63,389 nucleotides of DNA, filler included, from Octopus bimaculoides (GCF_001194135.2; 6 parts of 5 records of this genome joined end to end with filler, not necessarily neighbours in it), one strand, 5' to 3'; numbered from the whole stretch's first letter, positions 37,445-51,875 are shown. Notes: generated by a model not told the origin, from the sequence alone. Numbers and translations: made by a program.

Positions 37445-40140
37445 CTAATTTATTCAAATGTCCGATAAGTAATGACTGCATTTTTCCGTATGAGCCAGAG
37501 AGGACTTGGACAAACAGTATCAGGTAATCCAGATTGCATCCAGACAAAGTATTCTGTAGGTCAGCAGATAGGGATAGCATTGATTGTCCATAATTTAGCA
37601 AGGTCGGCTATATCGATAACAAATTTGTGATCTGTACTATCAATCTAGATAGGGTGTATAGACAAAAACTGGAAACTGAACGCATCTTTCCCAGCGCGCC
37701 AAGTTTGCAGACACCAGATTAGAGAACTAGTTATTAGTTATGAAGGAGTTGACAGCGACAATCATCAACAAATGATTGTAGTTAGCTTCGAAAAAGTGTA
37801 TTAGTTTAGAATCTATGTGCTTTAGTGGGAAACTAGTGATAGACAATTCTAGAGCACAACGAGAGCTAGTTAGAAACCTAATACAGGCGCTAAGGAAAGC
37901 TATTGCGACTGGCGTGCCAGCGCGAGATTGGCTTTTCAACGCTAAGCACGAAGATTGTTGTTGTCAGAGCTAGGGCACTCGAAGGAGTAAAGAGAACGAA
38001 ATCCGTTTGATGGGCTTGTGAGGTAGAGGGGCAAATGTGGCAACAGAGTTACAATTTGATCATTCACGGTTCAGGAGGGGCGCGTGTTACTCCATTCGAA
38101 GCAAACGTGAGCTATTGTTCAGTGTCACTTCGCGCAGCTGTTTCAGGAAGATAGTGGACCGGACATGGGATTGGACTTCTCGACGGCCTGCTACTGCTCT
38201 AGGATAGGGATGTGGAATTCTGCAAAAGGCAGGTAGCAAATGATGAAATACGGAAATCGACAGATAGTGTACCTACGAGCTTTATCTTCATATGCCAGAC
38301 ATGTTCAGGGGTCTCTACTGCAACTAGAACGGGTGACTCCCAATCTTGCAAAATATAGCGTAGTGGTGCTGATGAGAAAGGACCTAAACAAGGGGAATGA
38401 TTTTAACATCAAGCTCGTAATTCCGCTAAATGCAGAGTTGAAGATTTTGGCCAAGATGCTAGCTAAGAGTTTGGCACTTGTCATCAACACACTTATAGGC
38501 GAGGCACTAACATACACCTTACCCAACAGATCTTCCACGACAATCTTCACCTCACTCAATATATCATAGAAATGGATTCGTCCTTGATCGATTGAGATCA
38601 ATCGAAAGCTTTCGATAGTGTTGACGGTCAATATTTAGCAACTGTCCTCACGGTGGCTAACTATAAGCCTGTCATCAAAAGCTGGACTACGGCAACGTAC
38701 AGCAACATTTATTCAGTAGTTAGAGTAAATGGCCATATATCGAAACCGTTTAGTGTCATATGTTCGGTGTGTCAATGGTGCCCTGTTTCTCTTCAACTGT
38801 ACGTACTGGATTCTATAGCCACTCCTGCAGAAGTTGGAGGTTTCGAGTGTCATCCCATGCGGAAGATCTATGTTAGCATATGCGGACGACGTCATTGTAA
38901 TAATGCCGGACGCCGAACACATCGAGGTTATCAGCACTACTCAAAGGAAATACGAGGCAGTAACAGGGCAAAAAATTAGCCAGAAATTATTGGGCATGTA
39001 ACTCGGCACCTGGACAGGCAGGTCCATACCACACAACACGTCACTGGGCGCTTGACGAATGGACCAGTTAAATAACCCGTTTTTTTAAAATCCAGGCCTC
39101 TTGGTGGACAAGAAAAAGGGATGAACTGACAAGCACGGTGGTTTGTTTCACTCAGAAATGAGCAGAGAGTAAACTATCCCTAAAAGGTCGGACGGAGATA
39201 GTGACTGTCTCTAATTGGCAGCACCCGTCACCAACTACCATGTGAATCATGCTTTTTCCCGTTTCATGATGATCAGAATGGAGAACTTGTTCTTCCGCTT
39301 TCTGAAGAGGTCATGCGCTCCGTTGTTAGACGGTCTACTTGCTGTCAGCATCTGTTGTGTGGAAGACTGGGTATACCGTAGCCAATGACACACAGACATG
39401 TGGTGTGACTACATCTCCAACGTTTCTTTGACGGTGAGCAGCTTAGAAGGCGTCTACTAGACATATCTCTCCATAGTTCGTCTGTTTGTCCGAGCTGCAG
39501 TTCTCTATTCGTCGGAGAATGTGAACGATGGATTTCATCAAAGTGCTCTGTAAAAGATTAAGTAATGAGTAAGAGTGACGACGTTCTCGGTAAAACTAAC
39601 TATTTGGGCGTCGACGAAAACTATCTAGTCTTTTCGAGAGGAGTTTCGGGCCGAGACCCATGGATAATTTCCAGAAATCACTTAATTGGCAGTGTTATTA
39701 GAGAGTATTGCCAGTATAAAAACCCCTACAGGTATGATAGTGCCGTTAGCCGTGTCTCGCCGTGTGGCGCCCAGAACGACGAAACCGTCCTGCATGCGTT
39801 CTAATAGTGTTTGAGCATTACTGACTTGTGGTGTAATGACGAACAACTATCACGTGTCGAACAGATTCCCCCCTATCAGCCGATTTCATCGTTAAGATTG
39901 CCCCGCTGCCTTCCTTTAGCTGGGAAGGGCAAGCAGCATTCGTCTTCTATAGCGGCTATCGCGAAAGAGGTTGATTTGTGGGCGAGACTGAAAGAACTAA
40001 AGATAGACGCTTCTTCGGCAAAGTGCTCGTTGACATTTTAAATTTCATTTGAAAAAGAAATTGAGGATTGAGATGAATGTGCTGCTGCCCAGTAAATTTT
40101 TGAGTGGATGTAGAGACGATTACCCAAGAGAGTAGACCTC
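37445..40140 (+). mobile_element. L1/Tx1-clade LINE ORF2 relic (end of EN, RT, C-terminal Zn domain)
   Basis: WKLNAS; LNAELKILAKMLAKSL; IDQSKAFDSV; VRVNGHISKPF; SAYADDV (~38873-38893); KLSLKGR; ETVLHAF. Many stops and frameshifts. Confidence 0.92.
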
Positions 40141-40149
40141 CTCTAAGCT

Positions 40150-40500
40150 GGCACTTGTAGACCGCCCTTCTTTTGTCGGAAAGGTCAAGTAGTTTTCGTC
40201 TGTCTGGTGACTATTTCGAAAGAGGTTGTGGTGGACAGGACTGAAGACAGATACTTTCCTCTTTGGTCGAGGCCACATCAGTTTTTTTAAAAATTCCATT
40301 TGAAAAAGGAATGTGAGGGTTGAGTGGCATATACTGGCCTACAGTAACTTTGTTGAAAGGTGGAGGAATGTGTCGAGGATGGCTCTAGTGAGTGAAGCGT
40401 GTAGGTTGAAGAGTATGGCGGAGAAAGAAGAGCATTTGCCATATATAGGAATCCTGACGAGTAGAGTTACTCGGGATCTGTCGAGTTCCTCAGTCGCCCC
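40150..40500 (+). mobile_element. Additional Tx1 3'-end fragment
   Basis: Repeats the FHLK.K.R.E...F..RW segment seen at ~40045 and ~43160. Confidence 0.75.
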
Positions 40501-40539
40501 TGAGTAGTGTTTCCTGCTACTGGGGATATTGTTAACATA

Positions 40540-43500
40540 ATATTCTTATTTTTGTTTTCATTTGGTTCTTTTTTTCGTGTAAATCCACGATGTACTTTGT
40601 ACAATCAACACCAGGAACAGCAAGATTAGCAAATGCTGGGAGAACATCAATACCAACAACAACAGCAACACCAGCAACACCAACAATAACAGCATCATCA
40701 CTAACTTCAACAGCAGAAAGAATAATAATAACGGACACACACAACACCCAGAGGTTCTCCTTCTCTCCGTCTCCTCTGAACTCAAATACATACATAGACT
40801 CGCATTCCAATTCCACTGATATGGATACATTTGCAACATACAGTGAAAATGAGGGGGACAACAACAACCAAAGGAAAAATAAACAAAAGTAAAATACAAT
40901 AAATCATCATGCCCCACACCAACACACACCCCCAAAAAAACAAAGAAAACACACTCACAGCAGTCACAGACACACATACAACATCACCAAAACCTCCAGC
41001 ACCACAATCTTCAACACGTCCACCACCAGCACCACCAACACTACCGCAACAGCAACAAACTACGAAAAGAAAACAATCCCAACAGCACCAACCAACCACG
41101 CAAACACAAAACTCCTTTGAATTGATGGTCTTCATAGCAAGAAAGAATTAATGACCCTCATAACACGAGAGAAGGATATCGAAAGAGAGAGTGAGATCCT
41201 TGGCACCAGATGGTTCACTGATGATGGTGCGAATGTCTCTGGAAACACAAAAACATTAGGGAGAGCTTCTCTTGGGACGTGGAAGCACCTAATGTAAAAG
41301 TCATGAGTACGTTTTCAAGGCGGTTCCCAAACAAACCTCCTTAACATCTGTTAAGCCTCCTGAGCTCCAGCAGTACCTCGTGGGCAAGTAGAACTTCGTT
41401 TTTCCTCCAAACTGTTTCCGGTCATCGTGGTGGGTTTAAGTGTAGGTTGTATAAATGTTCGTGACCTGGAGTCGCCCTGGAAGCAAGCTCGCCTGCTTGA
41501 TGACTTCAGGTCACTAGCTATGGATGAGATGGCCGTCATTGAAACCAGGATTTCGACACACACGATCTAGCCCCTATTTCTGACGATTTTAAGAATTATG
41601 CATCTCTTAGTCGGTTTGGAATGGTAGGTGGGGTAACTGTGATGCTTAGTAAAGGCCAAGAGGTACGGAAGATCTTTTTGTACGATCTACCACGGATGGT
41701 AAGTTAGTGGTCCTGGGTGTGAGCAATAGCGAAGGTGATTCTTCTAGACTAGTTGCTATGTACGTCCCGACTGTGGCGGGGCAACTAGATAATTAAGACA
41801 TTTGAAGGTCTTTATTGAGACTTTTCGCTCTTTAGCTCAAGTGGGCGATTGGAATGTCATCTTGGATGCACTCCTGGATAGGGTGGGGTTATCCCATAGG
41901 AGAAGAGGGATAAAAGTCTCACAAACCTGTTTAGCCGCTGCCAACTGGCTGACAGGTACTGACTGGATTTCCCGAGTGAAGATGGTCGGTTCCATTCTAG
42001 AGGAATATGAGTCGGTTGCAGGGGCCAAAATGAATGCCGTAAAGTCGGTGGGCTTTCGACTAAGCACCTGGAGAAGCAGGTCGATGCCGTCAGACAGCGT
42101 CGTCGGACGCTGGACTGACAGACCAGTTAAACTGGTCGAGGTCTGGTTCGATCCTGACATCCAGGTAGATAAAAACTGGGACGAGGTGACGAAGAGGGTA
42201 ACCAGTCATACCCAGAAATGGGCTGAGTGGAAGCTGTCCTTGAAAGGTCGGGCAGAGGTGGTGAATGCCCACAGCGTATTCGTTATCATCTCTCGTCTGA
42301 CCGTCGTGCTTTGCCCCAATTATTGCTTGATGAAGTTGGAGGGTCTTTTGTTCATGTTCTTGTGGAAGAGACACGTTCCAATGGTCAGGCGGTCAGTCTG
42401 CTGCCAGCTCCCTCTGAGTGGTGGCTTAGGCATGCCGTGGCTTTTGATGCGCAGACATTCGCTTAAGTTGCGCCACCTGCAACGATTTCCTGAAGGTGAA
42501 CGTGTATGGGCGCCGTTTCTGAAGTAACTTGTCTCTTTGACGGAGTTGATGTCCTAGGTGAAGAATGGGCCAAGACTGGGCACCTGGCACCTAGAATATT
42601 GTCAGACGCTCACTGTTCTCTACCAGTCGGACAATAGGATCGGTGAATGCTCCACTTTAGCTATTTAAGGAGGATTAGTGGTGGTAAAGTGTGACGACGT
42701 GCTAGGGGAGACTCTGAACGTTGACGAAGATGAACTGGCTAGTCTCTTCCGGAGAACTTTTCGGTCGGGGACTATTATGGATAATTTCCAAATGTCTTTG
42801 GCTTGGCAGTGCTACCGGAGAGTGCTACCGGTTCGAGATAAATTCTACAGATCTCCAGACACGGATGTACTGTGAGGCAGGTTTGTCCAAGGTGCACGTA
42901 GAGCGACGAAACCGTTCTGCATGCATTCGTTCAGTGTCCGGGCATTACTGACTTTTGGAGTTATGTCGTGTGTGAGACGGATCCGTCTGTCGTCCGAATC
43001 CATAGGGATGATTGCCCCGCCGCCTTCCTTTGATCGAGCAGGCAAGGCAAATTTCGTTTGTCTAGTGGCTGTGGCGAAAGAGGTTGTCTGGTGGACGAGG
43101 CTGAAAGAAATGAGGACAGAGACTTTACTCTTTTGTAAAGACCTCCTCGGCTTTTTCAAGTTTCACTTGAAAAGGAAAGTGAGGTTGAAGAGGGAGCTGC
43201 TGTCCTCGAGTGAATTTATGCAAAGGTGGGTGAAAGTTGCGAAAAGGGCAAGAGTGGATGGTACCACTCTCAGTGTAGACCTGTGAGTCGGAAGAAATGA
43301 GTTGGAGAGGGCTCTCATCCTTGGTATTCAGGGCGATCTTGGATGGTAGGGTTCCTCAATTATCCCTAAAGGTCCTCCCGCATCAGGGTCAATGCATCAC
43401 TATCACTTTTTACCTTCTTTCTCATGTGTCGTATACTATATATACTTCCCTTCTAATGTATACCGTGTATACTGTTTCATCATTCCATCATATGTAAACC

Positions 43501-43574
43501 CCAATACTTTATGTCTATCTTTGTATTGTCCACCTCATCCTTCGCCCTTGTGGCAAATAAAAGGAATTATTATT

Positions 43575-43575
<1 letters not shown>
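40540..43575 (+). mobile_element. L1/Tx1-clade LINE with internal deletion of the RT core
   Basis: T/Q/P-rich ORF1 tail and EILGTRWF; EN start VGCINVRD...IETR and GDWN; jump at ~41977 to post-YADD EEYESVAGAKMN; LSLKGRAEV; stop at 43286; 3'UTR with AATAAA (~43555) and (ATT/ATC)n tail. Confidence 0.9.
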
Positions 43576-43611
<36 letters not shown>

Positions 43612-43841
43612 CTAAGGCGGCAAGCTGGCAGAATCGTTAGCACGCTGGACGAAATGCTTAGCGGTATTTCGCCCGTCGCTACGTTCTGAGTTCAAATTCC
43701 ACCGAGGTCGACCTTGCCTTTCATCCTTTCGAGATCGATAAAACAAGTACCAGTTGAGCACTGGGGTCGACGTAATCGACTAGTCCCCTCCCCCTAACTG
43801 CTGCCCTTGAGGCAAAATTTGAAACCATTATTATTATTATT

Positions 43842-43891
<50 letters not shown>

Positions 43892-44100
43892 TATTATTAC
43901 TCAGGTGATGAGCTGGCAGAGTTGTTAGCACGCTGGACGAAATGCTTAGCAGTATTTCGCACGTCGCTGCGTTCTGAGTTCAAATTCCGCCGAGGTCGAC
44001 CTTGCCTTTCATCCTTTCGGGGGTCGATAAATTTAAGTACCAGCGAAACACTGGGGTCGACGTAATCGACTGTTCCCCTCCCCCAGTATTTTCAGGCTTT
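43612..44100 (+). mobile_element. Two tandem well-preserved SINEs separated by (ATC/ATT)n
   Basis: 43612-43826 and 43900-44100 are highly similar; GAGTTCAAATTCC B-box-like motif. Confidence 0.92.
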
Positions 44101-44386
44101 GTATCTTCAGTAGAAAAGTTTATTGCTATTACCACCATCACTACCTCCACCCCCACCATCATCATCATCATCATCGTCGTCATTACTTGCGACGCAGTTG
44201 AAATAAAATAGTCCGACGAGAAGTATTTATTTACATGTCTGGTGCTTTGGGGAAATGATCTGAGAGTCACAACATCTTGTGTTCAANNNNNNNNNNNNNN
44301 NNNNNNNNNNNNNNNNNNNNNNNNNNNNNNTTAATTAATTAANNNNNNNNNNNNNNNNNNNNNNNNNNNNNNNNNNNNNNNNNNNN

Positions 44387-44448
<62 letters not shown>

Positions 44449-46217
44449 CAAGAATCTATGGATTACGTATTAATCTAAAAGTAAGGGGGAGTTGTTTTTG
44501 CTTTGTTTATTCTTCCCGTCTTCTTTTTGTTTGCTTGATTTTTTATTAATTTTTTTATTTCTATTCTAGTGTGGTTTTTTTCGTATCTATTTTATTTATC
44601 TTTTTTAAAATTTTTATCTGTTTATTGTTTCTTCGTCTGATTTCATCGATTATGTCCTCCCACTCCTACTCCTCCCTGACAAAGTTAGCTGAAACGCAAA
44701 CGTGTTTACATGAAACGCCCGAAAGAATTGGTTGGGCCCTATAAATACCCAAACAGGATACTCCCTGTTCCCCACGCCGCACTCGTACACCCGAACTCCA
44801 AATAACACTTATAATTTAACACCAATCAAATAGGTGGTTTGTTGTGTTAAAAGGGTGAGGTTTACACCCTAGTTACACAACGCAGTAACTACACTTTTAT
44901 GAGTTGGTAATTAAATACATGCATACATACGAATTCGTTTGTATGCACATCCATTTATACAAATACACACACATATACATACGCACATATATACCCCCCC
45001 ACACACACATATACACACACGCATACATATATATATATATANNNNNNNNNNNNNNNNNNNNNNNNNNNNNNNNNNNNNNNNNNNNNNNNNNNNNNNNNNN
45101 NNNNNNNNNNNNNNNNNNNNNNNNNNNNNNNNNNNNNNNNNNNNNNNNNNNNNNNNNNNNNNNNNNNNNNNNNNNNNNNNNNNNNNNNNNNNNNNNNNNN
45201 NNNNNNNNNNNNNNNNNNNNNNNNNNNNNNNNNNNNNNNNNNNNNNNNNNNNNNNNNNNNNNNNNNNNNNNNNNNNNNNNNNNNNNNNNNNNNNNNNNNN
45301 NNNNNNNNNNNNNNNNNNNNNNNNNNNNNNNNNNNNNNNNNNNNNNNNNNNNNNNNNNNNNNNNNNNNNNNNNNNNNNNNNNNNNNNNNNNNNNNNNNNN
45401 NNNNNNNNNNNNNNNNNNNNNNNNNNNNNNNNNNNNNNNNNNNNNNNNNNNNNNNNNNNNNNNNNNNNNNNNNNNNNNNNNNNNNNNNNNNNNNNNNNNN
45501 NNNNNNNNNNNNNNNNNNNNNNNNNNNNNNNNNNNNNNNNNNNNNNNNNNNNNNNNNNNNNNNNNNNNNNNNNNNNNNNNNNNNNNNNNNNNNNNNNNNN
45601 NNNNNNNNNNNNNNNNNNNNNNNNNNNNNNNNNNNNNNNNNNNNNNNNNNNNNNNNNNNNNNNNNNNNNNNNNNNNNNNNNNNNNNNNNNNNNNNNNNNN
45701 NNNNNNNNNNNNNNNNNNNNNNNNNNNNNNNNNNNNNNNNNNNNNNNNNNNNNNNNNNNNNNNNNNNNNNNNNNNNNNNNNNNNNNNNNNNNNNNNNNNN
45801 NNNNNNNNNNNNTATTGATATTGATATACATATATATATATTTCGCTGTAAACACACGTACAAACAAGCACAAACACATCCATGCACACGCGCATACACA
45901 CACTCAGAGACAAACACACTTCTAAGGCATACACTGAAGAGGCCACATTTATTTTCCGCTTAATTTGCTCGGCCCGTATGAAGAAAAGTCAAACGACATA
46001 TTCTTCTCTCACGATATTTATTTGTACTTGCATACGTATGTCTGTTGGTGTGTAGACATTTGTATATATCTAGATTTATACTTGCATACTCACATAGATA
46101 CATATATATAAAATTGATTAAAAAACAGAGAGAAAAAGACAAGAAAAAACAACAACAACGTGACGATGTAGCACATGCAAAGCATTAATAAGACATTCGG
46201 AGAAGGAAAAGAGTAGT

Positions 46218-46254
46218 TGTTCAACGTTTCGAGTATAGCTCTTCTTCGGAAACA
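46218..46254 (-). ncRNA. Minimal type I hammerhead (U4 substituted)
   Basis: TGTTT-CCGAAGA-A-GAG-CTATA-CTC-GAAA-CG-TT-GAACA. 5-bp stem I, ACGT palindrome; same architecture as 23222-23258. Confidence 0.65.
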
Positions 46255-46564
46255 TGGAAAACAGGGAAGTCTAAAGGGAAAGGAAGGAGGGAAAAAATCG
46301 CCATTAATCCACATGTGGTTACATTTTGAAGTGACCGGAAGCCGAAGGACGAAGAAAAAGTGCTTTCTGAGACAGGTGAGTGTGAAGATAGTCGATATGT
46401 GTGTGTATATGTGTGTGTGTGTGTGTGAGTGTTTGTGATAGCATGTGTATGTATGGAAGCGTGTGTGTGTGTATGTGGCAGTAACTTCGTGTGTGAGTAT
46501 GCGTGGTAGCGTGTGTACGCGCGGTGGTAATTGTCTGTGCGTGTATGGTGTAAGTCGTATTAAC

Positions 46565-46605
<41 letters not shown>

Positions 46606-46669
46606 ATGTAAATATCGGATACAAATACTCATACAGGCATGGTTTTGTGGTAACTTCCCTACTACACGG

Positions 46670-46765
46670 TTCCCTACAACATGGTTCTGCGTGGCACTTT
46701 GAGCAAGTGTCTTCTGCTAAAACCCTATGAGTGGATTTGGTAGACAGAAACTGAAAAAAGACTGT

Positions 46766-46811
<46 letters not shown>

Positions 46812-47180
46812 NNNNNNNNNNNNNNNNNNNNNNNNNNNNNNNNNNNNNNNNNNNNNNNNNNNNNNNNNNNNNNNNNNNNNNNNNNNNNNNNNNNNNNNNN
46901 NNNNNNNNNNNATATATATATATATGTATATGTAACTATGTTACTGTTTGTGTTTATGTCTGTGTTTGTTCCCCACCCCCACCGCCATCAACGATTGGCA
47001 ACCGCTGCTGGTGTGTTTACGCCCCCGTAACTTAACGGTAAAGCAAAAGAGACCGATAGAATAAGTACTAGGCTTACAAAGAATAAGTCCTGGGGGTGGG
47101 GATTTCTTTGACTAAAACCTTTTAAGGTGGTGCTCCAGCATGGCAGCAGTCAAACGGCTGAAACGAGTAAAAGACTAAAA
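46670..47180 (+). mobile_element. tRNA-derived SINE spanning a gap
   Basis: Body and tail match 59067-59452. Confidence 0.85.
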
Positions 47181-48902
47181 TAATACACACACACACACAT
47201 ACACACACGCATACTAGTGTATATATGCATGAGTGTATCTGTATACTCATTAGGGAAAAGATAATCTGTTTGTCAAAAGAAAAAATGGAAACAACGGTCA
47301 TCAGCACAGCAATTGGACTCACTTGTCTTCGGCAGACAGACACTTTGATATACAAAAAGAGCAGGATACATTTATGGCCCTGTTAACTTAAATTAAATTA
47401 AAATGAGCTAAGAAAATCTCTTCGAATGTCCAGTGGCATGTATTTGAACGTCGAATACCGATAAAGGAATATTAAATAACGTACCAGTTAAAATTGATGA
47501 TTTATCGCATTCTCCAAAATTGACACACCAATGAGAAAACGGCGGCATGACATATACAAGCTATGTTAATATCATTCAATTATATACAGATGTCTCAAAA
47601 CCTCACATTGCTTGTATCGTTTCTTTCAAAAGTCCTTGACTGACTAATCAATGACTAAGTTTGCTTCAGATGAAACAGATACCGTCATTTATACGTGATG
47701 AACGTGTGTGTGTGTGTGTTTGTTTGGTGGGGTTTTTGGGGAGTGTTTCTTCATATCTGTATGAATGTTTCTTTGTTTTACATTTGGTATTTCTCTCCAA
47801 TGGGGAAAGATTCCCTTTCTAATCTAGAAATAAGACACTTTCATAGCAGTTCAGACTGCGTCAGACTGAGTAGTTTTGTATATATATATATATACATATA
47901 TGTAAAAATATACATGTATGTACGTAATTATGCATGTATGTATGTATGTATGTATGTATGTATGTATGTATGTATGTATTTGTGTGTGTGTGTATGTATG
48001 TATGTATGTATATATTTGTATGTATGTATATATTTGTGTGTGTATGTATTATATATGTATGCATGCATATCATGTATACATATATGTATTTGTGCGTGTA
48101 TAGGTATGTATATGTGTATGCTTGTATGTTGAGTTGCAAGTATGTATGTACGGCATGTATGCATGCAAGAGAGTATACGTGTGNNNNNNNNNNNNNNNNN
48201 NNNNNNNNNNNNNNNNNNNNNNNNNNNNNNNNNNNNNNNNNNNNNNNNNNNNNNNNNNNNNNNNNNNNNNNNNNNNNNNNNNNNNNNNNNNNNNNNNNNN
48301 NNNNNNNNNNNNNNNNNNNNNNNNNNNNNNNNNNNNNNNNNNNNNNNNNNNNNNNNNNNNNNNNNNNNNNNNNNNNNNNNNNNNNNNNNNNNNNNNNNNN
48401 NNNNNNNNNNNNNNNNNNNNNNNNNNNNNNNNNNNNNNNNNNNNNNNNNNNNNNNNNNNNNNNNNNNNNNNNNNNNNNNNNNNNNNNNNNNNNNNNNNNN
48501 NNNNNNNNNNNNNNNNNNNNNNNNNNNNNNNNNNNNNNNNNNNNNNNNNNNNNNNNNNNNNNNNNNNNNNNNNNNNNNNNNNNNNNNNNNNNNNNNNNNN
48601 NNNNNNNNNNNNNNNNNNNNNNNNNNNNNNNNNNNNNNNNNNNNNNNNNNNNNNNNNNNNNNNNNNNNNNNNNNNNNNNNNNNNNNNNNNNNNNNNNNNN
48701 NNNNNNNNNNNNNNNNNNNNNNNNNNNNNNNNNNNNNNNNNNNNNNNNNNTCATAGCAGTTCAGACTGCGTCAGACTGAGTAGTTTTGTATATATATATA
48801 TATACATATATGTAAAAATATACATGTATGTACGTAATTATGCATGTATGTATGTATGTATGTATGTATGTATGTATGTATGTATGTATTTATGTATGTA
48901 TG

Positions 48903-48934
<32 letters not shown>

Positions 48935-49776
48935 CATGCATGCATGTATGTATGTATGTATGTATGCATGTATGTATGTATATAGTTATGTATGTATGTA
49001 TGTATGTATGTATGTGCAGATTTGTATGTTTTATGCATGTACTCTCATGCATATAGTTGCATATATAGACATGCTCATATATATATTTAAATGATAAACT
49101 TCTGGAAAGTTTTACAGGTTTTTACAGTTCCAGTGATGGATTGGATCTGTAGTCTTCAAATGAGTTTTCTCCTTTCTGTCATTTTCCTAAGTAGATAAAT
49201 AAGGGGTATATATTTAAGTCCGGCATTTATTCAATTGGTCTCTTTCAGTCACTAACTTATGGAGACGTAAAGACACCAACAGTTGTTGTCAGGCTGTAAC
49301 AAATACACCCACATACACACAAACACACACAGAGAGAGGGGAGAAAGAGAGAGAAAGAGAGGGTACTGATCGATTCAAGGCTATAGTAGAAAACACATTC
49401 TATAAACACGCAGGTATGCTTGCACCACCCCATATATATNNNNNNNNNNNNNNNNNNNNNNNNNNNNNNNNNNNNNNNNNNNNNNNNNNNNNNNNNNNNN
49501 NNNNNNNNNNNNNNNNNNNNNNNNNNNNNNNNNNNNNNNNNNNNNNNNNNNNNNNNNNNNNNNNNNNNNNNNNNNNNNNNNNNNNNNNNNNNNNNNNNNN
49601 NNNNNNNNNNNNNNNNNNNNNNNNNNNNNNNNNNNNNNNNNNNNNNNNNNNNNNNNNNNNNNNNNNNNNNNNNNNNNNNNNNNNNNNNNNNNNNNNNNNN
49701 NNNNNNNNNNNNNNNNNNNATATATATACACGGCGGTGCATCAGCATGGCCGCAGCTCTAAGCTGAAACTATAAAT

Positions 49777-49817
<41 letters not shown>

Positions 49818-49822
<5 letters not shown>

Positions 49823-51875
49823 AGTCCCTCTATGATCTGGAAGATCTTTGAGGGACTTGTCCCAAACTATTCGTTCCATGACTTTGTTGATGTGTTAGGT
49901 CAGTGAGATAGGTCTGTATTTTTAAACCTCTGCTCTGCTATCTCCTTTATAATAGGGCATATTTTACTCTCCTTCAGCTTGCTTGGAAGTTTACCAATTG
50001 CAAGGAAGCTCTGAAAGAGGGACCGCAGTGGCCTGGGAATCCATCAAAGCCAGCAGCTGGGTTCGGGTTAATTTCATCTATAGCCCTTGTTACAACGTCT
50101 TCCTTTATATTGATGTAATCGATCATCACTGCCTCTGTTTTTATATCTGCAGTGGTAAAATGTCAGCTGACTTGCAAGTGTGCTAGGGTTGGAGTGAAAA
50201 TACTTTTGAATTACTCATTTAGTATTTCACTTAACCTGATTGGGTTTCCTGTGAGTGAATCATCTTTTTCGAGGAGTGGCCCTACCCTACAGTGCACTGA
50301 GTCTGTTTCTTTGGCAAATTCGTAGAAGGATCTGGGTTAGATTTTATATTGTCTACAGATTTTATATTGTTTTTGTCCGCTCTTTCTTTTTCATGGGAGA
50401 ATTTCAGATTTTTTTCAATCTCCAGTAGTTGTATTTTCAGGCGGGACTTTTCACTACTTTCAGTTTGTTTGTTTAGGCGATTTGAAATTTTTGTACAGCG
50501 TCTCATAAGAATTTTCCTCTCCCTGAAGATTTTGTTTGTGTACATTGACCTTTCTCTCCGGAACACATTTGTAACATATGGCTTGCATTACAGACATAAC
50601 TTGTTGGAGTTTCATGTCCGGTGAGGAGAGACATTTAAACCAGTTTTGTTTGAAGATCTCTTTCTCGATTTGTTTCCAGTTTGCCTTATGGAAGTTCAAA
50701 CTGGAAAGATTCTGAGAGTTACTTGTAGGGTGCATGTCCATGGTTTCCTGTGATCCGAGAGTAGCGTCGGTGTCACTTTCACAATATGGATGAGATCCAT
50801 ATTATTTGTGAAGCAGAGATTCCGTATATTACCTGCCTTAGTTGGTTGGAGTATTATTTGTTCCATGTACAAAGTGTTGATGAGGTTCAGGAGGGACTTC
50901 ACCTGACCTTATTCGCAACGCGCCATTTCTGGGAGAGAAAGGCCCTCAGGCCATCCGACATTGGGCAGATTGAAGTCTCCCATAAGAAGTACTTATGTGT
51001 TGTTCTAATATAACTAGAACTTCGAACCTGTCTGCATGATTCGGAGCATCTGGAGGGCGATATGTAGCACATATAACTTCATCGAGTTGTCTTATATATA
51101 CAATTAGTGTGTCACATACTGAATTTGAGTGTGAAAAAAGGACTTGACTCGTAGGTCTTTGCGGATGTACATAGCAACTCCACCGTGACTCCGTTCTTTT
51201 TTGTCAGTCCGTAATACAACATACTGTGGTATGTTTATTTCTGCATTTCCTATATCTGGTTTCAGGTGTGTTTTTGTAAGCGCTATGCATAAGGCTTGAA
51301 TGCATGCAACAAGGTCTCTCAGGAAAGAAATTTTTTTCCTGTTACCAAGTGTTAACAGTCCTTTGATGTTCAGTAGGAGGACCGATGTGATGTCTATGTT
51401 GTTGCCAGTGATGTCCACCTTGGGTCCATTTGCTGCCATGGTCTTGTGTATTGGGGATAGACCCATCTGTGAGATTGATATAGCCAGGTCAATTGCTGTA
51501 CAATTTTTTGTACCATGCACAAAAAAGACGGTTGTTCAGTTGCCGCCCTTTCCGCAAAATGTTGATAGGGCTGGTTTGTAGAGCGCACTACATCTGCGTA
51601 TTTCCGTTTTGGGGCAGGTGATACGTGAAACTTTCCTTTTGGCAGGTGGTTTCCACCCTGTTTCATGTTGGTGTGGCAGGGTCTTTGGTGTGCAAAACGG
51701 CAGCTTACACTTCCGTCTCCGTGCCAGCAAACACCTTTCAAGTAGAATTTGTACATTCGTATGTGCTGTCTCTTTTTATCCTTTTTTGTTGTATGGGCTG
51801 TCAGATTTGCTTCTCTCTTCAGCTGTTTCCCCTTTTGGTTGTTTTTTCTTGGCTCTTTCACCTCCTCTGGTTTAA
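49818..51875 (-). mobile_element. CR1/L2-group LINE relic: CCCH-like ORF1, APE endonuclease, truncated at start of RT
   Basis: KFYLKGVCWHG...CRFAH; LLLNIKGL; HGGVAMYIRKDL; PTKAGNI..LCFTN; LLSDH; NFHKANW; AAGFDGFP. Confidence 0.85.

Noticed and set aside
44668-44705. CTGACAA...GAAACG hammerhead-like string near a TATAAATA
   Set aside because: G at the cleavage position, altered core and no stem I complement.
47841-48891. ~140-bp exact duplication at 47841 and 48751
   Set aside because: Second copy starts right at a gap edge and diverges only inside a microsatellite; likely haplotype or assembly artefact.
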